From: Eubacteriales bacterium
Lineage (GTDB): Bacteria > Bacillota > Clostridia > Christensenellales > UMGS416
Assembly: GCA_040883315.1 (NCBI GenBank)
Contig: JBFLKU010000008.1
Span: forward strand, 118,392 to 182,391
DNA length: 64,000 bases
Reading direction: 5' to 3'
Both the position numbers and the translations under genes were made by a program. Under the pieces are notes generated by a model. The model saw only the letters and a list, made by a program, of their open reading frames with translations. It was not told the DNA's origin and did no database searches. Shown here one piece after another: positions 38,928 through 47,283 of this stretch (within the stretch, counting starts at the first letter, position 1; each line of letters starts with the position of its first letter).

Positions 38928-40303
38928 AAATTTACAACACACAGACAAGACAGCTAGAGGAATTTACGCCGCTGGAAGAAAAAAAGGCAAATATATATGT
39001 GTGCGGACCTACAGTATACGATTATATCCACGTAGGCAACGCACGCCCATTAATAGTGTTTGATGTGCTAAGAAGATATTTGAAATTTGCAGAATATGAT
39101 GTGAAATTCGTGCAGAACTACACGGACATAGACGACAAAATGATAATACGTGCAAAAAATGAAAACACAACAGTAAAGGATCTGGCAGATAGGTTTATTG
39201 TGGAATTTGAAAAGGACGCACAAAGCCTGAACGTGATGCCGGCAGACGTGAAGCCAAAGGCTACAGAGCACATTGGCGAGATAATAAAGATAATAAAAAC
39301 CCTTGAAGAGAAGGGATATGCATACAAAAGCGACGATGGAGTGTATTTTGATACGCAGGCATATGAAGGCTACGGAAAGCTTTCTGGCAGAAACATGGAG
39401 GACATGCAGGCAGGAGCAAGGATAAAGGTGAACGACAGCAAAAAGCACCCAATGGACTTTGCCCTGTGGAAGCTGGAAAAGCCGGGCGAGCCATCATGGG
39501 GCTCTCCGTGGGGCAAAGGCAGGCCGGGCTGGCACATTGAATGCTCTGTGATGAGCATGAAATACCTGGGAGACACTGTGGATATACACGGCGGCGGCGA
39601 GGATCTGATATTCCCTCACCACGAGAATGAAGTGGCACAAAGCGAGGCCGCAACAGGCAAGGAATTCGTAAAATACTGGATGCACAACGGGCACATAAAC
39701 ATAAACAACCAAAAGATGAGTAAATCACTTGGCAATTTCTTCACTATACGGGACATAGGCGAAAAATTTGATTTGGAGATTCTAAGGTTTTTCATGCTGT
39801 CTGTGCATTATAGAAGCCCTGTAAATTTTTCATTTGAGCTGATGCAGCAGTCGGAGGCTGGTTTGCAAAGGCTATACAACGCCAGAGACAGCTGGGCAGA
39901 TATGGCACAGCAGGGCAAAGCAGACGCAGACACAAAGGATGCCATAGCAACACTATATGACGGATTCAAAAGTGCTATGGACAGCGACCTGAATACAGCG
40001 GAAGCATTTGGCGTGATATTTGAATTTGTGAAAAAGATAAACACATCATTAGCAGAAAATCCAAACGGTGCAAATGCATTTGCTGCACACGAAGCCATGA
40101 TGAAGGTGGCCGATGTGCTAGGGCTGCTGTATAGAGAAACAGAGATGGAGATACCTTCTGATGTTGCAGAGCTTTTGAAGCAAAGAGAAGACGCCAGAAA
40201 AAACAAGGAATGGGCAAAATCCGACGAAATAAGAGACCAAATATTAGCTCTTGGCTACACCGTGGAGGACACCAGAGACGGACAAAAAGTGAAAAAGGCA
40301 TAG
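38924..40303 (+). CDS. cysS: Cysteine--tRNA ligase
   Basis: 459 aa with the HIGH-type motif (HVGNARP), the KMSKS motif (KMSKSLGN) and the Zn-site WHIECS. ATGA overlap with cysE. Confidence 0.96.
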   Translation: MKIYNTQTRQLEEFTPLEEKKANIYVCGPTVYDYIHVGNARPLIVFDVLRRYLKFAEYDVKFVQNYTDIDDKMIIRAKNENTTVKDLADRFIVEFEKDAQSLNVMPADVKPKATEHIGEIIKIIKTLEEKGYAYKSDDGVYFDTQAYEGYGKLSGRNMEDMQAGARIKVNDSKKHPMDFALWKLEKPGEPSWGSPWGKGRPGWHIECSVMSMKYLGDTVDIHGGGEDLIFPHHENEVAQSEAATGKEFVKYWMHNGHININNQKMSKSLGNFFTIRDIGEKFDLEILRFFMLSVHYRSPVNFSFELMQQSEAGLQRLYNARDSWADMAQQGKADADTKDAIATLYDGFKSAMDSDLNTAEAFGVIFEFVKKINTSLAENPNGANAFAAHEAMMKVADVLGLLYRETEMEIPSDVAELLKQREDARKNKEWAKSDEIRDQILALGYTVEDTRDGQKVKKA

Positions 40304-40304
40304 A

Positions 40305-41339
40305 ATGAAGCGAGTAGACGAAAGGGACATGATGTTTTCTCGCATGTCATATGCGAAGGGCACGGATGCATACGAAGACTACTACATCAGAAACCCAGAA
40401 AAGAAAGATATAGATGACGATCTGCGGAGCAAACCGCAGCTTTATGCAGAAGGGAAGCCTACATTCGATGCTCTGCTTTCTCCTGCGGCGGATGCCAACT
40501 TTGCACTGCTTACAGATATGAAGAAGCTTTGCGAGGGAAAGCCGACAGGCAAGAAATGCCAAGTGGATGCAGACGAGATAACACAGCTGATAAAAAAGCT
40601 GGCGCTGCACTACGGCGCACAGGACGTTGGCATAGCATACGCTGATGATGAATTTTACTATAGCCACAGAGGCAGACGCATGGAGAACTATGGAGATGCG
40701 GTGGATACATCTCTTAAAAATGCCATAGTATTCACGGTGGAGATGAAGCAGGACATTATAAATACTGCACCTCAGGTATCTGCAGGGCTTGAAGCCAGCA
40801 AGGCATATGTAGCCGGAGCTATTGTAGGGCTGCAGCTGGCGTATTATATCCGCTCGCTTGGCTACAATGCACGCTGCCATATGGACGGCAATTATCTGAT
40901 GCCGTGCATACCCATTGCAGAGCAGGCAGGGCTGGGGCAGAGAGGCAGAAACAATCTGCTGATAAGCAGAAAAAACGGCTGCTTCTGCAGAATAGGCATA
41001 GTGACTACAGATATGCCGCTGGTGCACGAGGTAAAAAAGGACTATGATTTAGTAAGGTTCTGCAAGCTTTGCGGCATGTGCATAAAAACATGCCCGGCAA
41101 AAACTATTCCGGCTGGTGACAACAGCGATGAATGGCACATAGAGCAGGAGAAATGCTTTGAGATATGGACGAGCATAGGCAACGACTGCGGAGTGTGCAT
41201 CAGCTCATGCCCAATAGGTCAGGATATTAGCCTGGAAGCTATTAAAGATATGTCGGATAAAGATATAGAGGATTTTGTAGAAAAATATAAAGAAAAGTAC
41301 GGAACCAGAAAGCGAGTGACGGGGAAGTATTTTAAATAA
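40305..41339 (+). CDS. Cytoplasmic reductive-dehalogenase/QueG-superfamily Fe-S protein (RdhA-like, function unknown)
   Basis: 344 aa with no signal or TAT motif. The C-terminus has CKLCGMCIKTCP (CX2CX2CX3CP) followed by C-x11-CGVCISSCP, the arrangement seen in RdhA/epoxyqueuosine-reductase-type enzymes. It starts 1 nt after the cysS stop. Confidence 0.6.
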   Translation: MKRVDERDMMFSRMSYAKGTDAYEDYYIRNPEKKDIDDDLRSKPQLYAEGKPTFDALLSPAADANFALLTDMKKLCEGKPTGKKCQVDADEITQLIKKLALHYGAQDVGIAYADDEFYYSHRGRRMENYGDAVDTSLKNAIVFTVEMKQDIINTAPQVSAGLEASKAYVAGAIVGLQLAYYIRSLGYNARCHMDGNYLMPCIPIAEQAGLGQRGRNNLLISRKNGCFCRIGIVTTDMPLVHEVKKDYDLVRFCKLCGMCIKTCPAKTIPAGDNSDEWHIEQEKCFEIWTSIGNDCGVCISSCPIGQDISLEAIKDMSDKDIEDFVEKYKEKYGTRKRVTGKYFK

Positions 41340-41363
41340 AATAGATATATTAAGAGGTAGGCA

Positions 41364-42371
41364 ATGAAAAGATTTTTCAAAGATGTTTTTGGGGAGCTGA
41401 GGAATCCTTCTGAGGATGCAGGGCAGGTATTAGCAATAATGAAGCGATTGATATGCGCAGTTATGCTGATTTCAGCAATACTTTATATTTTTGGGTTTGT
41501 ATTTTCAATTATAAATTTTATAAGCATGTACAAAGAAAATGTTGAAGCATATCAATTAGGCATTGAGCATTTTGGAATATTCTCTTCTATTTCTTCGTAC
41601 ATAAAACTAGCTGTTGACAGCATAATATTTTTTGTTTTGTTTCTTGCTTTCAATATAAGTATTAGAAAAAATACGAATGTTAACAGTGTATTATTGATTA
41701 TGAGTCTATCCATATTATATCTAATCCCAATAGTTTTTTCTCTTATAAGAATATTTACTTTTGAAAATGTTTATTTAAATTTGCTATCTTCGATTAAGCC
41801 ATTAGGTATATATTTAATAATAGCAGTGGTATTTTTCAGGATTAAAAATAGTGAAGAAAATGAGCAGAAAGAAAAAGCAAGAATTCGGAATGCTTTTGTA
41901 ATATCGTTTGTACTATTTTTATTTTTGAGCATTATGACAATAGTGCGCTATTTTATTGGGTTTAGCTATCATGTTGAATATTGGAAAACGATCTTCACAT
42001 ACATTGCAGAGTATAAAGGTTTAAAATATTTATACTTTTTATTAGGAACTTTGATTACGGATATATCCTTCCTGTATTATGTTGCTGTATTTACTATTTT
42101 GATACTGATACTTATTAATAAACTGAAATACTTTGAGAAAATAAAAAAATTCATTAATGTGCTATGGTACTTTGCCTTTGCTCTGAATATATTGCTAGTG
42201 CTTTATAGCTTCTCAATTATTAATGTTTCTATTTTATTGGTTTTTTTGTTGGCAGCAGGATATAAAAACAAATATAGAGTTTTTGACAACCTAGCAACCA
42301 GACTTGCAAAAACAGGTATACAAAAATTTAAAGCTTGGTTCCAAAGGTATATGTCATTTGAAGAAAAATAA
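41364..42371 (+). CDS. Hypothetical polytopic membrane protein (335 aa), AT-rich
   Basis: About 8 hydrophobic helices, a GAGG RBS, and no recognisable catalytic motif. Its GC content is visibly lower than that of its neighbours. Confidence 0.7.
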   Translation: MKRFFKDVFGELRNPSEDAGQVLAIMKRLICAVMLISAILYIFGFVFSIINFISMYKENVEAYQLGIEHFGIFSSISSYIKLAVDSIIFFVLFLAFNISIRKNTNVNSVLLIMSLSILYLIPIVFSLIRIFTFENVYLNLLSSIKPLGIYLIIAVVFFRIKNSEENEQKEKARIRNAFVISFVLFLFLSIMTIVRYFIGFSYHVEYWKTIFTYIAEYKGLKYLYFLLGTLITDISFLYYVAVFTILILILINKLKYFEKIKKFINVLWYFAFALNILLVLYSFSIINVSILLVFLLAAGYKNKYRVFDNLATRLAKTGIQKFKAWFQRYMSFEEK

Positions 42372-42397
42372 CCATTAAAATTTTTTCCATAAAAAGG

Positions 42398-42424
42398 TTG
42401 ACATTTGGAGTGCGGTGATATAAT
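42398..42424 (+). promoter_or_regulatory. Possible extended -10 promoter for the ABC transporter operon
   Basis: TTGACA (42398-42403), then TGaTATAAT (-10 at 42419-42424). The spacer is only 15 nt, so confidence is moderate. Confidence 0.35.
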
Positions 42425-42472
42425 ATGTCAATATACTTGGATATCCAAGTAAACTACAAAAGGAGAAAACGT

Positions 42473-43312
42473 ATGAGAAAATTATTAGTTGTAGTTTTGG
42501 TTTTGGCATTGGTTCTAGGATCTGCTGCATGCCAAGGCAAAGAAGACGGGGGAATGACGGTAGAGAAGGGCGTTTTGAAGGTGGGAATGGATTTGCAGTA
42601 TCCGCCTTTTGAGACATTTAACGAAAATAATGACCCAATGGGCATCAGCGTGGATGTGGCACAAGGGCTGGCAGACAAACTTGGACTAGAGCTTGAAGTA
42701 GTTAATATGGACTTTGGCAGCTTGATTACATCACTTGAGACCGGAAAAATTGATATCGCAATTGCATCCATGTCCATTACAGAAGAGAGAGAAGAAAAGG
42801 TAGATTTTTCAAAGCCATATTTCTTTTTCAAGATTATCGGACTGATGAACAAAGACTATGCAGACAAAAACGGATTGACAGGCACATCATCTCCGGATGA
42901 ATTGTGGGCTGTGGCGGACACAAACTTCATAGGACTTTCAGGACAGATTTCTGTGTCTATTCCCGAAAAGCATGGATTTGTGGTTAATGAATCAGTTGAT
43001 AAATCAGCTGCTGTTACAGAGGTAGGATTAGGCAGAGCCGATGTGCTGATTATGAGCCCTGAGGTGGTGGTGGACGCACACAATGCAAACCCAGACACTA
43101 CAGTCGTTTTGTGGAATGCACTGGACGTGAGCCCAATAGGAATGGCTGTGGCTGAAGGCAATGCCGAGCTATTAGCTGAAGCAAATGATTACATTGCCCA
43201 CCTAGATGATGAGGGCGGAGTGTACGACATGCTGAGAGGAAAATATCTATCTGTTATTCAGGAGAAATTTGGACCAGAGGCTACAATGGATTTTTATATC
43301 TATGAAGAATAG
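42473..43312 (+). CDS. Amino-acid ABC transporter substrate-binding lipoprotein (family 3)
   Basis: ATG 42473 follows AAAGGAGAA. The signal carries a lipobox (LVLGSAAC). PBP family-3 motifs are present: LKVGMDLQYPPFE, DIAIASMSITEEREEKVDFSKPY. Confidence 0.88.
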   Translation: MRKLLVVVLVLALVLGSAACQGKEDGGMTVEKGVLKVGMDLQYPPFETFNENNDPMGISVDVAQGLADKLGLELEVVNMDFGSLITSLETGKIDIAIASMSITEEREEKVDFSKPYFFFKIIGLMNKDYADKNGLTGTSSPDELWAVADTNFIGLSGQISVSIPEKHGFVVNESVDKSAAVTEVGLGRADVLIMSPEVVVDAHNANPDTTVVLWNALDVSPIGMAVAEGNAELLAEANDYIAHLDDEGGVYDMLRGKYLSVIQEKFGPEATMDFYIYEE

Positions 43313-44060
43313 CAAAACAATAAAACAACTACTAAATAAACCAATACAGTTTTTACTGGCTGTATTGGTTTATGCAGTGTTTATAGCATTTGTAATATAC
43401 AGAGTCAGCTCTGCAAACTTTTCCATAAGCAAAATATTTGATTATTCTAATCTTTTAAAGGAAGCATTTTTAAATACTATAATAATCAGCTTGTATTCTG
43501 TTTTCTTCGGTACGATTTTGGGATTTATTCTATACATTTTGCGTGAGAGCAAAATATACTTTGTAAAATCACTTTCAAATATTTTTATAGAGGTAATGAT
43601 GGGCACGCCGCTGCTGGTGCTGGTATTTATCACATCATATTTTATTGGTGAGTCTTTTAATTTCCGAGATGACTATGTTCTGGGCATTATGGCTATCACG
43701 GCTTATATTGGCCCATATATGGCGAATATGTTTAAGGGTGCTATCGATAGCATAGACCCTCAGCAATACCTTGTGATGGATTTATACGGCTTTACGGGCT
43801 ATCAGAAGTATAGGTATATCATTCTGCCGCAGATAGCTATGCGAATGATGCCGCCGCTGATGAATAATCTTTCGTATGCCATAAAAGGCTCTTCGCTGCT
43901 ATATGTGACGGCAGTTACGGAGATATTCTATGCTATCAAGCTTATCCAGTCCAAAACCTTTGCATTCACAGAGGGATATTTGGTGCTGTGGGGTGCGTAT
44001 TTGACGATAACCCTGACACTGACCTTGATAACCAAATACATTGAAAGCAGGCAGGTGTAG
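43302..44060 (+). CDS. Amino-acid ABC transporter permease
   Basis: His/Glu/Gln/Arg-type permease with an EAA-like loop (AIDSIDPQQYLVMDLYGFTGYQKYRYIILPQ). ATG 43302 overlaps the substrate-binding protein's stop by 11 nt. Confidence 0.85.
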   Translation: MKNSKTIKQLLNKPIQFLLAVLVYAVFIAFVIYRVSSANFSISKIFDYSNLLKEAFLNTIIISLYSVFFGTILGFILYILRESKIYFVKSLSNIFIEVMMGTPLLVLVFITSYFIGESFNFRDDYVLGIMAITAYIGPYMANMFKGAIDSIDPQQYLVMDLYGFTGYQKYRYIILPQIAMRMMPPLMNNLSYAIKGSSLLYVTAVTEIFYAIKLIQSKTFAFTEGYLVLWGAYLTITLTLTLITKYIESRQV

Positions 44061-44780
44061 ATGAAGATATCTATTAAAAATATAGTAAAGCATTATGATA
44101 AAAAGGTGCTGGACGATATATCCGTGGACATAGACGGATATTCGGCTGTTGCCATAATAGGGCTGAGCGGATGCGGCAAGAGCACGCTGCTGAGGCTGAT
44201 ATCCGGGCTGGAGTACGCAGAAAGCGGCGAAATAGTGATAAACGGCTGGAAGATAAACAAAGAAAATGCCAAGGCATATAGAGACCAGCTGGGCTTTGTA
44301 TTCCAAAAACATAATCTTTTCCCACATCTGACACTGAAAAAGAACATAACAGTGATATTAGAGAAGGTGAAAGGGCAGAGCAAAGAGCAGGCAGAGAAAA
44401 GGGCAGAGGAGCTGCTGGCTACGCTGCACCTGACAGATGAAATGAATAAGCTGCCGGCAAATGTATCCGGCGGACAGGCACAGCGTGCATCTATCGCAAG
44501 GGCACTTTCCACCAAGCCAGAGCTTTTGATACTGGATGAGCCTACAGCTTCGCTGGATCCGATACTCACCCACGAGGTACTGATGGAGATAAAGCATCTT
44601 AAATCCATGGGGAAGGATTTTATTTTTGTTACTCACGAGCTGCCATTCGTAAAGAAATTCGCAGACTATGTAATATTTATAGACAACGGAAAGATAGCAG
44701 AGCAGGGCGAGGTTTCCATCTTGGATAGCCCTAAAACAGATAAATTGAAAGCATTTTTGAAAAATGTGACATACGACTAG
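44061..44780 (+). CDS. Amino-acid ABC transporter ATP-binding protein
   Basis: 239 aa with Walker A GLSGCGKST, signature VSGGQAQR, Walker B LILDEPT and the H-loop THE. Confidence 0.93.
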   Translation: MKISIKNIVKHYDKKVLDDISVDIDGYSAVAIIGLSGCGKSTLLRLISGLEYAESGEIVINGWKINKENAKAYRDQLGFVFQKHNLFPHLTLKKNITVILEKVKGQSKEQAEKRAEELLATLHLTDEMNKLPANVSGGQAQRASIARALSTKPELLILDEPTASLDPILTHEVLMEIKHLKSMGKDFIFVTHELPFVKKFADYVIFIDNGKIAEQGEVSILDSPKTDKLKAFLKNVTYD

Positions 44781-44790
44781 GAGCAAAAAA

Positions 44791-45234
44791 ATGAAGGATA
44801 TATACAGGTCTATTCCGTCGAGAGTCAGCTCTCTGCGGCATAGCATGAACGAATATTTGGTTCAGCAGATGAGAAAAGCGGGGTGGAATGAGATATCCCC
44901 GTCTCACGGCGGAATTATATATGCTCTGCTAAAAAACGAAGTGCTGAGCATGAAGGAGATAGCACAGCGGGTAAAAAGAGACCCTTCCACAGTCACCACC
45001 TTGGTAAACAAGCTGGTGAAGCTAGGCTACGCAGAATACAAGAGAAACCCCGATGACATGCGCAGCAAGCAGGTGAGCCTGACAGCAAAGGGCAAAGAAC
45101 TATATAATGATTTTAATCAAATATCTATGGAATTAACCAGTGCACTGGTAGAGGGGCTGGATGATAGTGATATAGATGTTTTTATGAATATAATGAAGAA
45201 AATGGAGAGCAATGTGAATAATCAAACAAAGTAA
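44791..45234 (+). CDS. MarR family transcriptional regulator
   Basis: 147 aa with a winged helix-turn-helix (MKEIAQRVKRDPSTVTTLVNKLVKLGYAEYKRNPDDMRSKQVSLT). Confidence 0.85.
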   Translation: MKDIYRSIPSRVSSLRHSMNEYLVQQMRKAGWNEISPSHGGIIYALLKNEVLSMKEIAQRVKRDPSTVTTLVNKLVKLGYAEYKRNPDDMRSKQVSLTAKGKELYNDFNQISMELTSALVEGLDDSDIDVFMNIMKKMESNVNNQTK

Positions 45235-45311
45235 ATATAATCATTAGTCTTTAATTATGTTAAAAGCATTATATAAAGAGAATAATTGCATGAATAATTA
45301 TATGATTAATA

Positions 45312-46574
45312 TTAATCTATAATTTCTTTTGTATCAAGATTAACTTTGTAAAGCAATTCTAAAGGAGCTATCTCCCTAGGCTTTCCTCTATCATAAATGA
45401 ACAACCAATTTCCCGCTATTTCAAAGATGTTGTTGTCTACAATATTTCCCTCGAATTTTATTGTATACTCTATTTCTCCCAATCCATCAGCTTTTGCCTC
45501 TTGGCAATAAACTTCATTGTTGACAGCATATATTATACAATTATCAACTATATTAATCAAAACTACCTTTTCATCAAAGTACATTATTTTATTAAATTCA
45601 GAATTTTGTGTATCTCTTGCGTATAAGTTATGTTTATTGCTTTCTGTCGATGTTATTAAATACTGCAAACCTTCATATTCAAACATATAATCGATTTTTT
45701 CGCTGCTTTCAGTAATATCAAGTTTAATGCGATAAGACTCTAGTAAAGTTTCTCTATCTAATGCAATTAGTTCATTTAGATAAGCTAAAAATATATATTC
45801 TTCATTTGTGTTGATGACTTTTAAATCACAGTTGGCATTTTCCCTGGTTTGCCACAATAGTGATTCACCTGTATCAATGAAATACAAAGCATCATTATAA
45901 TCAAAATCCAATTCACTAGTTTCATTAGGATCAAAATAAACATTCTCAGCAAATGTTATTATATATTTATCATATACTATTATCCCATAATAATATGACT
46001 CATTAATGTTGAATAATTCTACTGATTTAATCGGAGTCTTAGAAATATTAGAAATCATTTCTATATATGATTCAGCACCTCTTGAAGTTCCAATCATTTT
46101 AATCTGTCTAATAAAAATTTCATCTTCACTAAATATTACTGCATTTACTGCTGACTCACGTTCTCCTTCACCTGACAATAGAACAGATTCATTATTTTCT
46201 CTATCATACTTATATAGGCTATATCTTTCATCTTTGGATTTGCCTAAATAGCTTAATTCAATATAATAAATTCCATCATCTGCAATGATTATCTTTATGA
46301 TTTTACGTGTGGCAATTTCGAAATTAAAATCTTTGCCATCTAAATTCATGCTATATATTCCGTATGAATCTCCTTGACCAGATGCAAAATACACTCTGTT
46401 ATTATAAAATGCCGCAAGCTGGCCACTAGAATTGTATATATCATGCTTATAAGTAGCTGTTTTAAGATTGCTGAACTCTGCATTTTTTGCAATGCCTATA
46501 CATCCAGTTAATACAGCACAAATCGTTATAGCTAATAAGCTTATTGCTACTATCTTTAATTTTTTAAACCTCAT
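45312..46574 (-). CDS. Hypothetical lipoprotein, beta-propeller-like (DUF5050-like), AT-rich
   Basis: 420 aa with a lipobox (AVLTGCIG). It has repeated short beta-strand motifs (NRVYFASGQGDSYGIYSMNLDGKD, DDGIYYIE, IIYAVNNEVY). GGAGA RBS. GC content is visibly lower than the flanks. Confidence 0.7.
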   Translation of the reverse strand: MRFKKLKIVAISLLAITICAVLTGCIGIAKNAEFSNLKTATYKHDIYNSSGQLAAFYNNRVYFASGQGDSYGIYSMNLDGKDFNFEIATRKIIKIIIADDGIYYIELSYLGKSKDERYSLYKYDRENNESVLLSGEGERESAVNAVIFSEDEIFIRQIKMIGTSRGAESYIEMISNISKTPIKSVELFNINESYYYGIIVYDKYIITFAENVYFDPNETSELDFDYNDALYFIDTGESLLWQTRENANCDLKVINTNEEYIFLAYLNELIALDRETLLESYRIKLDITESSEKIDYMFEYEGLQYLITSTESNKHNLYARDTQNSEFNKIMYFDEKVVLINIVDNCIIYAVNNEVYCQEAKADGLGEIEYTIKFEGNIVDNNIFEIAGNWLFIYDRGKPREIAPLELLYKVNLDTKEIID

Positions 46575-46807
46575 TAATTATCTCCATGCCTTCAATAAAA
46601 AATCTGCAGTCATTATTGCTTATCCTAAACAAATACATTTTTACAGCCCACATTCTGAATATGTTTACCAGAAGTATGCATTAATGTGGTGTGTTGCTTG
46701 TTTTTTAAATATTTTTAGACACCATAAATACCATGTGAATAATCTTAGCATTCTTGAATGCCTTGAGATGATTTTAAATTAAATAATTATATAGCATAAC
46801 ATAATTG

Positions 46808-47275
46808 CTATATTTCAAGTTTAAATTCTCTTTTCAGCTTTTTAAGACGCTTGTCTTTTCGCTTGGCTATGTCTTTCCATGGCTCCATTGTGAAATGATG
46901 CAGCACATCTGCATCCTTCAGCGCTTCATCGAATTTGGTGTGCACCTTGGATTTATCAGAGTGCAGGGATATAGCAGTGCAGATTTTGTCTATTTCCTTT
47001 TTCTTAAACATTTGAGACTGTTTCAATATTTTTTGTGCCATCTCGCTGCCGTATCTGGCATGGTCTTTCTGCTGGTTCTTTGTGTATGCGTATAAATCAT
47101 GCAGCAGACCCGCGGCATATAGAAGCTCGTGGTTCAGGTTGCGCTTATAGGCAATCAACCGTGCACACTCCGCTACACCATGCAGATGGATATACGCCTC
47201 TCTGCGCAGAGGTGCTTTTTCTATTTTATCTAGCATTTTATCAATTTGTTTTGATAATACTGTATCTCTATTCAT
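46808..47275 (-). CDS. HD-domain phosphohydrolase (small, function unknown)
   Basis: 155 aa with H...HD residues (HLHGVAECARLIA...AGLLHDL) and a later HSDK. Confidence 0.75.
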   Translation of the reverse strand: MNRDTVLSKQIDKMLDKIEKAPLRREAYIHLHGVAECARLIAYKRNLNHELLYAAGLLHDLYAYTKNQQKDHARYGSEMAQKILKQSQMFKKKEIDKICTAISLHSDKSKVHTKFDEALKDADVLHHFTMEPWKDIAKRKDKRLKKLKREFKLEI

Positions 47276-47283
47276 CGCTTTTC

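Noticed and set aside
46748-46761. The inverted repeat GCATTC-TT-GAATGC lies upstream of the lipoprotein gene and could be an operator.
   Set aside because: A 6-bp inverted repeat is expected many times by chance in 64 kb. No second copy or obvious cognate regulator site was seen. It is mentioned only as context in the lipoprotein finding.
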